From the human T2T-CHM13v2.0 reference genome, Homo sapiens: a stretch of DNA of 64,000 nt. A program made the translations under genes and the position numbers. Shown here piece after piece: positions 1 through 12,477 of the stretch. The notes beneath the pieces were generated by a model, which ran no database searches, was not told the origin of the DNA, and saw nothing but the letters and a program-made list of their open reading frames with translations. The stretch lies in assembly GCF_009914755.1 (NCBI RefSeq), contig NC_060926.1; one strand, 5' to 3'. The number at the start of each line of letters is the position of its first letter. Positions within the stretch are counted from its first letter, which is position 1.

Positions 1-79
1 AGCCAATTAAACCTCTTTTCTTTATAAATTGCCCAGTCTCAATTATTTCTTTATAGCCATGAGAGAATGGACTAACACA
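1..79 (+). mobile_element. 3' end of a MaLR LTR (MST/MLT1-like)
   Basis: aattaaacctcttttctttataaattgcccagtctc...gaatggactaacaca is a typical MaLR LTR terminus. Confidence 0.7.
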
Positions 80-1315
80 CTTGCCCTAGATAAGAGGATG
101 AGTAAATGGCAGGAGCGGAGCTTGAGCCCCAGTTTGTGACTCCAGAGCCCCATATTCAAGCAGTGCACATGTCCCCCTCTGCTCAATGTTTCCACCTCTG
201 GTGTAATTTAGGTAAGGCTAAATGCTGTAACAAAGATACTTGGATGCTCCTGTTTAGATTGATTGCTCACTCTCAACCAGTCAACCTTAAGCTTCTTGTG
301 ATCAGTCAGCCCACACACATAGAAATATCAAAAGAAATTGCAACCGTCTTCTCGTGGCATTTTATATTATTTCCATTGATTTGAAGTACTTCATTTTAAA
401 ACTTAGTGAGCCAGTCAGGGGTTATTTTTAACATCATTTGATAATTTATATATACGTAAAAGCACCGTGAGAGTTGAACTTGACTTCAGGCCAGCTCTCA
501 CTATTAATCAAACTACCATTTTCCCATGTGATAAAGGGCCCAAAATGAAATTTACAACAAATGTGCAGTTTCACAACGAACATCTTACATTTACAGGTAA
601 TTTGGCGATTTAAGACATCAGGCCAAATCTGGGTCTATTAAACTTTGCCATGCACAAACATTACATCAACTGTCAGTACAACTTTATGGCAGATTCTTTA
701 AACAGGAATCAACAACCCAACAAAAAACAACAGGAAATACTGCCGTTGGTTGAGAACCTACTCAACTAAGATGCTAGGTCCAATCCTGGGCATTCTGGGT
801 ACAAAACTAATCATAAACTCGTCATTTTATGGAGAATCTGATGGTTTGACGATGTCAGAACTTGCTGGTGGCCTCACAATCAGTACAGTAAAGGGAAGGG
901 CTAGATTTCAATAGTGGACAGCCCAACTCTTAACTGTTTCACCACCCTGATTCTCTAGCCACATTGTCAGAGTGTTGACCAGGAAGACAGACAAAAGATT
1001 AGTCTAGGGACTCGGGCACCGTGTGGAGTCTTGCCTTGGGCAAGTCATTTACATTACTTTCTCTGCCTGAAGATATTTTATTTGAAAACAAAATGAAGAG
1101 AAACTTATTTTCAAGCATGCTTGTAATTTGGACTAAATAATCCCGCTTCTGGAGAATCTGTGGATTTTAAATCAAGATAATTCAGAAAGACCAGAAAAAT
1201 CTCTCAATTCTTCTCATTTGCCTTCTTCTCCAAGCACAAAATAGAAATATGACTTTGAGGGAACCAATGGTGCCAATCTCTTAGAAAGGAGTATGAAAAA
1301 TAATACTTTTATTGG

Positions 1316-1376
1316 TCAAAAGGACTCCAATGTGGTCCTTAGTGCTCAAAAGAACTCCAATGTGATCCTTAGTGCT
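1316..1376. repeat. Tandem duplication, 2 x 30 bp
   Basis: tcaaaaggactccaatgtggtccttagtgc / tcaaaagaactccaatgtgatccttagtgc (2 mismatches). Confidence 0.9.
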
Positions 1377-2218
1377 GTAATCACACAGTAAGTGCTCACT
1401 ACTTATTTAGTGGGTACCACTGACCTCAGTCAGACTTGGTTATTCTCCTACAACCCTGCCACCCTGGAAAAGGCCCTAAAAAAAAAGTCTGTGTGCCTCA
1501 GTTTACCCATTGGCAATATTATGACAACAATATATTCTTGTCATCAATATCAAGTACTACACAAATTTGAGGCTTTATACTATGACCACATCCTTTTCCT
1601 TTTATTATCAATAATAACATACTCCCTGGTAGTCTACCACAAAATACTAGGAAAGTTACTATTTACTCAAATACTCCTCTCATTCACTTCTATTCACACC
1701 TCTATTAGAAGAACTCAGCAATTTTTTTGTTATTTGTTTTTCTGGACATTGACCGTGAACTTGTCAGCAGCCAGCACAGAGCACTCACATGATGTACTTC
1801 TGCTCCCCACTTCGCTTGTTTACCTGGTGACAAATCACACCTGCAGTGGATTCATGGTATTTCCCAACACTAGCATTCTTAGCTTGCAGAATGATATTAC
1901 AGGGTTGAATTCTAAGTCCCCATCTCCACAAGCCTTACAATTTCTTCCACTTAGTGTGACCAACATATGTTCTTCCAAGAAGAACAACCAACTGGCCCAC
2001 ATTCTGCTTTATATTTATTAAGTATATTTGTCTGTTTTTAATCAGTAGTGTCAAATCTCTCCTGATCCTTCTTTACTCCTCACCCCCTCAGATGGAAAGG
2101 TATGAAAACCCACATCAATTACTTCCACTCACTCATCTTTCTCTGACACAGAAAAATTATTTTGGATTTGGCAAATGACTGCTTAGTGTGAGGCTTATCA
2201 TTAGCTAGTTATTTAGAG

Positions 2219-2394
2219 CACTAGTTCTTAAACTTGGCTGCCAATTGGCATCTCTTGAGGAGCTTTAAAAATTCTGATGCCCAAATTCCACCTTAAGAAA
2301 TTCTGATATAATTGGTCTATAGTGTGGCCTGGGCATTGGGATTTTTTAAACCCCCCATGGGATTCTAAAGTACAGTCAAATTTGAAAGCCACTG
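2219..2394. mobile_element. MER5-type hAT-Charlie DNA transposon
   Basis: gttcttaaacttggctgc...attctgatataattggtct...ggcctgggcattgggatttttta...ttgaaagccactg resembles MER5B. Confidence 0.7.
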
Positions 2395-3654
2395 ATTTAG
2401 AATTTGGGACAGCTAGGTTTAAGTAGATTTAGCAAGTCAGGAGATAAAACAATAATAGTAGGGATAAAGATACCTTGACTTCTCTTTGGTAGAGCCCATG
2501 TTTGTCCTTGGAAATTCCTGATATACTCCAGTTCATACTGCTACAAGGCTCAGGGTTTTATACTCCCTCTGCAATTTGCCTAATACCCTCCTTTTTTTGG
2601 TGGTGGTGATGGGGGGTGGGGGGCAGTTTTATTCCTTGGGTTTCTTTGACTTTTATTTAGAGTGGAAATGTTTTTTAAATATTGAAATCCATTCTCATCT
2701 TTTGGTTTTGCGATGCCATGACTTTTAATAAGGAAGATCAACTTTCAAACAAAGTTGAAACAAACAAACCCTTCTTTTTGAAGCTGCTTAGTAAAAACTC
2801 TAAATACCAATCCCAGCAATGAAAACAGAGTATAACCTGAATGAATGGGAATCATTTCTCCCTGAGTAGTTGACTAAGTTGCTGAGCATCAAAATGACAA
2901 GCCAAGGAAACACCAGGTGAAGAAAGAATCCTGGTTAGTAACAGTTCACATCAGTGTGGCTGAAAAGGCAGTGTGGTCCTGAATATTTGGCCTTAAATTG
3001 GAATTTCCTTGTTTTGGCGAGTTTAAGTCCTTAGCATTAATGTCATGCAGTTATTTTTGTATGGTTTATTTTCTTTTCCTTTTTGCCATTCAATATTCAA
3101 AACAATGTGAAATGTACATTCTTCTTCACATGGAGAATGAATTCAGCAACAACTCAAGCACGTAATTCTTCTCTGCATGGAAGAAGTTGCCGGACATCTG
3201 CTCATCCCAGACCTACAGAACAACACAGCACATTCACATGGAGTTACTAAGGGAGGGGGTCTCCTGTGAGGTTTCTCAAACAAAGACTTCAGCAGAGATA
3301 CAGGCACACAAGCTTTATTAGAGGTAAAGAACCTAGTAAATACATTTTTAAAAAATCTGTTTATTATTTGTCTGCCTGTCCCCTTGAAGATGAAGCCTCC
3401 GTGAAACCAGTGTGTTGTAATCTAACCGTAGCTTCTGAGCCAAAACAATGCATGGCATATAGAAGACAATCAATAAATATTTGTTAAATGAATAAAGGAT
3501 TCCTATATCATATATCCAATCACAAAGATGAAGGAAAGTACAATATATCTCTTTCTCACTCAGCAGCAAAGAAATGGGAGTAAAAATGAGTATTTTTCTC
3601 CAAACTCCATACACAACTCTTCACACGTAGACAGGGACACATTTGTTCTTCTTC

Positions 3655-3960
3655 TTTTTTTTTTTTTTTCTAGAAACAAGGTCTTAGCTCTGTCACCCAG
3701 GCTGGAGTGCAGTGGCACGATCATAGCTCACTGCAGCCTTGACCTCCCAGGCTCAAGCAATCCTCCAGTCTCAGCCCGCTGAGTAGCTGGGACTACAGGT
3801 ACACACCACCACGGCCAGCTAATTTAAAAAAAAAAAATTTGTAGAGTGGAGGTCTATGGTATGTTTCCCAGGCTGGTCTCAAGCTTCTGGCCTCAAGCAA
3901 TCCTCCCTCCTCAGCCTCCCATTGTGCTAGGATTACAAGTGTGAGCCACTGTGCTGGGCC
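3655..3960 (-). mobile_element. AluJ-like SINE
   Basis: Poly-T followed by an antisense dimeric Alu with J-type positions (tcatagctcactgcagccttgacctcc, ctcaagcaatcctcc). Confidence 0.9.
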
Positions 3961-4146
3961 AAACACATCTGATTCTTTGAATATTTCTCCTAGTATCTTC
4001 CCCACCGCAGGCAAGCTCAACTTCTTTAATGTAACATCCAGAATCTCTTGGGGCAGACAGAGTTCCATAAATTGCCCCTGTTTGTTCCCTAACACTCCTA
4101 AGCCCAGCCTGACTCCAGCTCTGGCCCTCCCATCAGTAGTCCAGGA

Positions 4147-4215
4147 GAGGGGTTCTCAAACATTAGCAAATATTAGAATCACTTGGAGGGCTTGTTAAAC
4201 CAGATTGCAGGACCT
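4147..4215. mobile_element. MER5A fragment
   Basis: ggttctcaaac...agaatcacttggagggcttgttaaaccagattgc. Confidence 0.55.
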
Positions 4216-5842
4216 TACATTCACATCACATTAAAATACAGCTGTTTAGTAAAAGATCTTCTGCCTAGTTTCTTTACACCATGAGTGTGCACCTAAAAAG
4301 AAAACTAGTTTCCTTTCTTTTTTTAGCTTTTATTTTAAGTTCAGGGGTAAATGTGCAGGATGTGCAGATTTGTTATATAGGTAAATGTGTGCCATGGAAG
4401 TTTGTTGTACAGATTATTTCATCACCCAGGTGTTAAGCCTAGTATCCACTAATTATTTTTCCTGATCCTTTCCCTCCTCCCACCCTTCATCCTCCCATAG
4501 GCCCCAGTGTGTGTTGTTACCCTATACGTGTCCATGTGTTCTCATAATTTAGCTCCCACTTATAAATGAGAACATATGGTATTGGTTTTCTGTTCCTGTG
4601 TTAGTTTGCTAAGGATAATGGCCTCCAATTCCATCCAAGTCCCTGCAAAGGACATGATCTCATTCTTTTTTATGGCTAAATAGTATTTCATGGTATATAT
4701 GCATCATATTTTCTTTATCCAGTCTATCATTGATGGGCATTTAGGTTGATTCCATGTCTTTGCTATTATAAATAGTGCTGCAGTGAACATACACATGCAT
4801 GTGTTTTATAATAGAACAATTTATATTCCTTTGGGTATAAACCCAATAATGGGATTTATGAGTCAAATGGTATTTCTGACTAGGTCTTTGAGGAATCACC
4901 ACATTGTCTTCCACAATGAGTGAACTAATTCACACTCCCACCAACAGAGTATAAGCATTCCTTTTTCTCCACAACCTCTCTAGCATCTGTTATTTTTTGA
5001 CTTTTTAATAATAGTCATTCTGACTGGTGTAAGACGGTATCTTCTCATAGTTTTGATTTGCATTTCTCTATGATCAGTGATGTTGAGTTTTTCTTCATAT
5101 GGTTGTTGGCCACATGTATGTCTTCTCTTGAGAATTGTCCGTTCATGTCCTTTGCCCATTTAATGTCCTTTGTCTGTTCATGCCCTTTGCCCTTTTAGTG
5201 GTTTGTTTTACTCTTGTAAATTTGTTTAAGTTTTTTATGGATGCTGGATATTAGACATTTGTCAAATGCATAGTTTGCAAAAATTTTCTCCCAATCTGTA
5301 GGTTATCTGTTTACCTGTTGATATTTTTTTGGCTGTGCAGAAGCTCTTTAGTTTAATTAAACCCCATTTCTCAAATTTTGCTTTTGTTGCAATTGCTTTT
5401 GGTGTCTTCATCATGAAACCTTTGCTCGTGCTTATGTCCTGAATGGTATTGCCTAGGTTGTCTTCCGGGGTTTTTATAGTTTGGTGTTTTACATTTCAGT
5501 CTTTAATTCATCTTAATTTAATTTTTGTATATGGTATAAGTTGGGACGGGTCCAGTTTCAGTTTTCTGCATATGGCTAGCCAGTTATACCAGCACCATTT
5601 ATTGAATAGGGAATCCTTTCCCTATTGCTTGTTTTTGTCAGGTTTGTCAAAGATCAGATAGTTATTGATGTGCAGTCTTATTTCTGGGTTCTCTATTCTG
5701 TTCCGTAGGTCTATGTGTCTTTTCTTGTACCAGTACCATGCTGTTTTGGTTACTATAGCCCTGTAGTATAGTTTGAAGTCAGGTAGCGTGATGCCTCCAG
5801 TTTTGTTCTTTTTGCTTAGGATTGCCTTGGCTATTTGGGCTC

Positions 5843-6156
5843 TGTCAGGTTCTAGCCTAAGCTGAGGTCCAAGGGGAGTAGGTGTGCAAGTGGCAGGCAA
5901 CCGAAAGAACGCTTGGGGAATTGTAGGCAGTTGCAACATGGCTTTATTATCTTTCTGGGCTCAAGCCATAAGTACAGTGTCAGCAGGATCATCATATCTT
6001 TTACACACAATAGTGGCTCTGAGCCAAGTACGAGCTCTCGTGAGTGGTTACATAATATGTGGAGTTGTGCGCCTGTGCTCCAAACCCATTGAGTCATGCT
6101 GAGTCAGAAGGCTACCTTGGCTTACTCCTGAATAAAGTGCAGCCATCTCCCTTACA
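5843..6156 (-). repeat. HERV-S 3' LTR (LTR18)
   Basis: TG...CA termini (tgtcagg...cccttaca on plus); minus-strand AATAAA at 5943-5948; PPT at 6157-6167. Confidence 0.9.
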
Positions 6157-6165
6157 CTCCACCCC

Positions 6166-7310
6166 CTAGGCTAAGGGCATCTCCCAAGTAGAGACACGTG
6201 CCCATAGGGCAAAGCCCTGAACCCATAACCCATAACAACTATACAGAGAGCAACAGCTCACTACTAGGATCCCAGCTATGCTACTTATGACTATTAGGGC
6301 CCAGTGTAGGTCAGAGCCCAGGGATGCCCTCCATCTCTTCAGGGGGTCATCAGTAAGGCTCTCGGCCACCTTAATTTCCCATGAGACCTACTGCAGGGCT
6401 GCTGTTATGTTCTGCAAAGTGTCAAGGATAAAGGTACAATATTGTGTTCCTAAAAGGGCACAGGTGCCTTTTTGGGTAGCAGTTACTATGTCTAAGGCCA
6501 TTTGGTTTTGCAATGCTACCTTTCTGGTCTGATCAACTTCACCAGTTAACAAGAGGAGGGCCACTCAGGTATAATTCAGAGCCCGAGTGGTGTGCTCTGC
6601 AAGAGTAACTTGTGCTTCTACAGTTATGACACCTGCTCCAGAGACAGTCATTGTCAAGGGGTAGAATCACCATGGGGCTCGTTGCACTTGCAAAAACTAA
6701 GAGCATAGCACCTCCCAGTCATGCAGGCATCTGGGCAATGCAGGGAGAACAGTGGCAGGTACATAAGGCCACCCTCATGTACAATGTCCAGTTCCCTGGT
6801 AGGTAAGGCAACTCTGTGTCCCCACAGACCCATAAACTCCCAGGGGCCACAAAGTCCACTGAAGCCCAACCTTGGTAGGGCTGCATGTTCCACCACACCT
6901 TTGGTGTAGTGACACATGTTATGTTAGCACAGGCTGTGACAGGTACCCATCCCACAGTAGTGTTACCCCAGTGTTGCTCTATGCACCGTGGCACCTGGGC
7001 CAAGGGTACTACATTTTCCCCCACTAGCCAGCCCCACCCATCATAAATGTCATGGGCCAGCCAGGGGGTGGGCACACCATGGGTCTTGCAGCATCCTTTG
7101 TCTAAAGCTTGCCACATTGTGTTCCAGGCATTGGCCATGGGACCCCAAGTCTCCAACCATGTACAGTTCTCTGGAGATGTGGGGTGTATGTGCCAGGGCA
7201 AGCCATCTGCAGCTGCTGCTGGAAGAATTGTGCAGATCCAGCAACTGGAAACATTGGTCACCTCAGCATAGGTGTGGGCCTGGTCCACAGTGCAGTTGGA
7301 GCATGTTAAC
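6166..7310 (-). pseudogene. HERV-S env remnant (SU and TM)
   Basis: SU with CWIC (CxxC) motif in ORF 6719-7288; TM with LQNQMALDIVTATQKGTCALLGTQYC (ISD at 6490-6513, decayed CX6CC at 6436-6462); hydrophobic anchor WALIVISSIAGILVVSCC. Confidence 0.85.
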
Positions 7311-7316
7311 TTATGG

Positions 7317-10300
7317 TCAAAAGGACAAAACGGGCATAGGTACTAACAGGGACAAATCACGTACCTCAGGCAAAGTATAAGCTAACTTTTCATCCCTAGA
7401 TAACAATGCAGCCACCAAGGGCTTCTGCTGTGGGTGATGGTACCACACTTTCTCAGCTCCCCATGGTTCCACTGGGTCCCATATTTGTGCAGAGTCATGG
7501 GGGAACACATAATAGACCAAACAGACATTATATATGTCCCCCGGAGAAGGGTACCCTCCCTGACTGTTCCCCTACAAACAGTCAACCATGGGGGCCATGT
7601 ATTGAATACCCAAGGAGTGACATGCAAGTCATACTGTAGGCCCCCCGCACCGGAGCTACAGTGGCCAACCACCAGCAATGTGGTGGTTGGACAGCCCATG
7701 GCCACAGCCAGGTTTTCTGTTCCCCTGCCTTTAAGGGGCATTGGGGCAGGCAACAACAGGTTACCATTCATCCCCACACCTGGTTGGAGTAGGTCATCCT
7801 TAGTGTGTATCTGCAACTGAATGGGGATGGTGGCCTGGTGTAACAAAGCCTCCACCAGGGCCTGGCCACCTTTCTGTGACCGTTCATTCAAGGTTTGGAG
7901 CATCAGGTCCAGACTTGAACTCTAGCCTTGCAAAGATGGGGGTGTGACATGCAAGTGTAACCCGTTCTTCAAGAGCCCAATCATACGCGCAGCTTGCAGG
8001 TTGTATGGCAAATAGAATTCCCACTTTATGTCCATTTGTTATGCCCATTGTTGTACCTGTTATACAGTGAAATGTCTCAACACTATCACTCTCAACAGCC
8101 AGAGGGCAACCATACAGGGCACATAAGTGTTGCAGGGCCCAGATGGTGTGCTGTTGATCAGCCATCCTCCAAGGGTAGGTGAAGAACAGTCCTGTGGCCA
8201 TGTCCACAGCTGTTAGTGCATGCGTATACCCTTGCAACTTCAGCAGCAACCCAATGTAGTCTACTTGCCACCTTGTCAAGGACACTGACCCTATTGTCAC
8301 TTGTTGTGTAACACTGGGCAGCTGCCTCCATTTAAGGTATGCGTGAGTACACGCCAGGCACTTCTGACAAGCCTCCCAAATATCTTGTGTGGGCAGGGAC
8401 AAACCCCAACGCTTATTGACCTGTTGCATCAGTTTACCCACTGCATGTCCCAGTTTCCAATGTAGCCACAAGACCGCATCTCGTGTAGGTACCAACTCTA
8501 ACCATTGGACCTTGGCTAAGCCCTCAGCCTCATCATTACCAGGGGTGGCCAAAGACATATGGCCTGACACATGATAAATAGTCACATCCTTCTAATGACC
8601 TATTTCCCAGAGGTATTTCCACACGGCTTGTCATATGTCAATTGACCCATTTCCAAATGGGTCAGTGGCCAACAAGCCAATTCTGTATTTTCCAAGCGGT
8701 TAATTACAAGATTAAGCCTCAATAGATAACCCAGCTATCCACACAGATTACCACAGGAGTCTCCTCTTTGGTGATTACCATCCATGCTGCTCTAAACTCA
8801 GCCCATTGGCTACTCTGCCCACACCTGGTTTCAAACCATATAGTGTCAATACTAGGCTGGACTACAACAGTGGTCCAGGCAGCAGTAGCACCTCAGCTAG
8901 ACCCATCTGTGTACCATGCTCTGTCGGAAATGGGGGGGCACCCTTCTTTGAATGGTGATGGCTCAGGGTCCAAGTGTACCTCAGGCTGACCCATGGCCTT
9001 CTCTTGCATTAGGACTATAGGTCCCAAGACCTCTTGCAGCTCTACCGCTAAGGGATTTGTACTCAGAGTACTCTGTTGCTCTAAGTAGACACCCACTTTG
9101 CTAAAGTGGATGTCTGCGCCATCCTAGTCCAGGGGGTCATTACCCATGAACGCACCCATCCCACTATGGGGTAAGTCGTACGCATGATGACTGAAGCCTG
9201 TCCTGTCACATTCTCACAAGCTTGAAGAGCTGCATATACAGCTGCTAGCTGTTTCTCTATTAAGGAATACCAGAGCTCAGCTGCTTTGCATAGTGGAGAC
9301 CAAAAGCCTACTGACATTCTCAAGTGCCCCGTGCACTGCCATAAGCCCCAGCAGAAACCATCTGTGGCCACATGCACATCCAGCTCAAACAGATGCCCCG
9401 GTCAACTACCCGTAGGGTTTGTGCCAGCTGAATAGCCCACTTGGCTGTCAGAAAGGTGGTCTCAGTTGCATCATCCCAATCCCAGGTAGTTCCCTTCTTT
9501 GTTAATCGATACAACGGTTTTGTCATTTGAGCTAAATGGGGGACAAATGCCCGCCAATATCCCAGAAGGCCCACAGACATTTGTAACTTGTTCACTGTGG
9601 TGGGATGAGGATACGCCTGAATTTTAACAATGATAGCCTCTGCGATGGCTTTTGTCTTACCTGACCAGATAGCTCCCAAGAATTTGGCAGATAATCTAGG
9701 CCCTTGGACCTTGGACCTTGGATTTCTTGGACCTTGGATTTGTTGACAGCCCAACTACATGCTGCCAAATGTTGCTGCAAGAGGGGTGCCACTGCTTCTA
9801 AATCTGCAAGAGAATCAGAGGTTAACATAATATCATCAGTATAATGGAATAGGTGGACCACTTCTGGACATTGCCAGATGGCTAAATCCATGGCAACAAG
9901 ACCATGACGTATGGTGGGGCTATGCACATAGCCCTGCAGCAACACTGTAAAAGTCCATCGTCACCCTTTCCATGTGAAGGCGGACTGGAGTGATGTCAAT
10001 GTCGATGAAGAAAAATGCATTGGCTAAGTCCACTATATAGTGGTACTGTCCCAGTTCCATCATCAAATGGTCTGTCAAATCCATGATTGATGCAAAGGAT
10101 GTGTTACTTAATTCCATTCCCGATAGTTCACCGTCATCCGCCAAGTTCCATCAGCCTTTCTAACTGGCCACACTGGAGAACTGTAGGGGCTGTGGATACC
10201 ACGCACTATCTGCAGCTCCTCCAGCTTTTTGATCGTCTCAGCTATCTCTGTATGCCCACCTGGCAAATGGTATTAATGGGTGGAAGTAACCTGTTGGGGT

Positions 10301-10665
10301 TGTGGCAGGACATGAGGCTAGTGATGCATATGTCCGCATAGCACCAGCTTCACCACACGCACTCAGAGTCTGAATTCTCTAGCCATGGTTTGTAATACCA
10401 GGCCATGTAAAATGTCCACCCACATAATGCATTCAGGTATGGGGGAGACATACATAGTGTATAAGTGAGAAGCCAAGCGGCCAGTGCTGAGGTACAGAGA
10501 TACAGGTTTCACTTTCACTGACCAGCCTCCATAACCATCAATGTATGTAGCCTTGCCCAGAAACTTATCCAAGTTCCTATAAACAAGGCTACAATCTGCA
10601 TCAGTATCTACCAGCAGCAACATCTGCTGTACATTGGTGGGGGACCAGAGGATTGCCAACTCCAC
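7317..10665 (-). pseudogene. HERV-S pro-pol (protease, RT, RNase H, integrase), multiply frameshifted
   Basis: ORF fragments in order: 10363-10665 (DTDA), 9920-10144 (DLANAFF), 9592-9945 (QGY..SP, YTDD), 9320-9754, 9081-9377, 8893-9096 (TDGS), 7884-8585 (integrase). Confidence 0.9.
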
Positions 10666-10699
10666 ATGTGGCCTCTGGTCATCTCATGTCCCCGCAAGC

Positions 10700-12115
10700 A
10701 GAGCACATCAGCCAGTTCTCTAATCAAACAGAAAAGGCTCTACATTTCTGTCTGGCTGTAGCAAGTAGTCTATGAGCTGGAGCGCCCAGGCAAGACTGGG
10801 TCACACAGCAATGTCCTTCTCCTCCTTGGGCATTTTCTGGAATTGCTGCTCTGGAGACAATTGCCTCCACAAAGTTAGTAGTACTTCCGTGGGCTGCTTA
10901 TCAATTTTCTCTCAGTCAACCCCAGCCAAGATTAAATCTTGGCTCACATCTGTGAGCGTGCCACTCATTGGGGTCCCCTTTTCTTCCATGGGGGAGCCCC
11001 CTGCAGGCAGGGCATCTTCCCCTTCTTTAAGGTGTGGACCCCTCAGTCCTGCTGACGGCCCTCTGCTTTCCCAAGAGCTACCATACCAGTGGTCATTTCA
11101 TGTATGTGGTGCCCTGTGTACAGGGTGAGGACAGCAGCTAGGGAGCCAAAGGCACTCAGAGGTACAGAACCCAACATGAGATCCCTCATTTGGGGCGTGA
11201 AACATTCATCATCTGGCCCTTGGGTATTCAGGTCAAACAGCCTGCCGCATACCCATCACCCAGATGACTTGCACCAAATCGACATACGACTGCCATTTAC
11301 TCACAATTTTGGGTATTTCCCTGGCATTGTTCCACACAGTCCATATGGCTGCTCATAGCAGCCTGAATCAGGATGTGGTCACCTTGCCCTGCTGCTAACT
11401 GCCTGCTCACTTGCAACCGCTGACTGAGGGAGGAATGAGTCATGATAGAGGCCAGCTTTTCCATCTCAGAGGCAGAACAGGAGATACTATCTACTCCCTC
11501 GTCCCACAGACAAAGCATCCAGGCGGGCAGGGGTTCCCCTAGACGCTGGCGGCACTGCTTGCCTAATTTCCGCAACTCAGTTGGGGTATAGGCAATATAT
11601 GAAGTGTGTTTTGTTACGATGGGGGGTCCTTGAGCCCGCCCTTGGGATCCCACAGGCTGTTCATGGTCTACTTTCTGACAAACCACTGGGTGAGCCTGCA
11701 ACAGGGGTTCTTCCTCCTCAGTATCAGATTGAGTGCGGACCTCCAGCCAAGACGGCGGACCCAGGCTTGCATTCATGTCAGACTCTAATTTTTTCTCCAA
11801 GCTCTGTAGCGGGGACTCCATGCACCCCGCCTGTGCCTGGAGGTCCCTTACCTGAGCTTTATCCCTCAGGGACTGGGTATGCACTTCTCGTAACACAGTG
11901 AAAAATGCCCATCCAACTCTGCTGGCAAAGGTTCGCTCCTTCTCAGTGCTCTGTGCTTCCAGCTGCTTCAGCGCATTTTCCACACTCATGGGTGACCCAT
12001 CGACCACCACCCAGGTTTCCGCTAGGGCCCATCCTTGCAGCATGGCTACCACCAGGTACCACAACCCATGTTGTGGCCACATGGTCGACCCAGAATCAGT
12101 GGTGCCAAGGCTCAC
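10700..12115 (-). pseudogene. HERV-S gag (272-aa open N-terminal segment, then frameshifted)
   Basis: ORF 11297-12115 starts immediately after the PBS; coiled-coil-like segment and LRKLGKQCRQRLGEPLPAWMLCLWDEG resemble class III Gag. Confidence 0.75.
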
Positions 12116-12125
12116 TCACCTCGGG

Positions 12126-12143
12126 ATCCTGCCAACTATGCCA
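12126..12143 (-). promoter_or_regulatory. Primer binding site, tRNA-Ser
   Basis: Minus strand TGGCATAGTTGGCAGGAT versus TGGCGTAGTCGGCAGGAT (complement of the tRNA-Ser 3' end); both mismatches are CpG-type transitions. Confidence 0.85.
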
Positions 12144-12145
12144 AG

Positions 12146-12477
12146 TGTCAGGTTCTAGCCCAAGCTGAGGTCCAAGGAGAGTGGGTGTGTGAGTGGCAGG
12201 TAGCTGAAAGACCGCTTGAGGAATCGTAGGCAGTTGCAACATGGCTTTATTCTCTTTCTGGGTGCAAGCTGTAGGTACAGCATCAGCAGGATAGTTACAC
12301 CTTTTACAGACAATAGTGGCTCTGATCCAAGCACAAGCTCTCATGAGTGGTTACATGTGCCTTATGTGGTGTGGTTACATAATGTGCACAATTGTGTGCC
12401 TGTGCTCCAAACCCACTGAGTCATGCTGTGCCAGAAGGCCACCTAGGCCTACTCCTGACTAAGGCACAGCCATCTCC
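12146..12477 (-). repeat. HERV-S 5' LTR (LTR18), outer terminus deleted
   Basis: Homologous to 5843-6156 (about 11 mismatches in the first ~106 bp by eye); lacks the terminal cttaca. Confidence 0.88.

Larger units (their letters stand above)
5843..12477 (-). mobile_element. HERV-S (HERVL18/LTR18, class III) provirus, ~6.6 kb, two LTRs, decayed gag-pro-pol-env
   Basis: Direct-repeat LTRs at 5843-6156 and 12146-12477; tRNA-Ser PBS; PPT agggggtggag next to the 3' LTR; protease LLVDTDAD, RT DLANAFF and YTDD, RNase H WYTDGSS, integrase HHCC and WQVDYIG, env ISD. Confidence 0.9.

Noticed and set aside
1392-2021. 209-aa plus-strand ORF
   Set aside because: Starts at GTG, has low-information L/S/T/I-rich composition, no recognisable domain and no splice context; probably a chance ORF in AT-rich DNA.
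2597-2623. G-rich tract (also 56885-56906) as a G-quadruplex
   Set aside because: Could form but is short, common and lacks supporting context.
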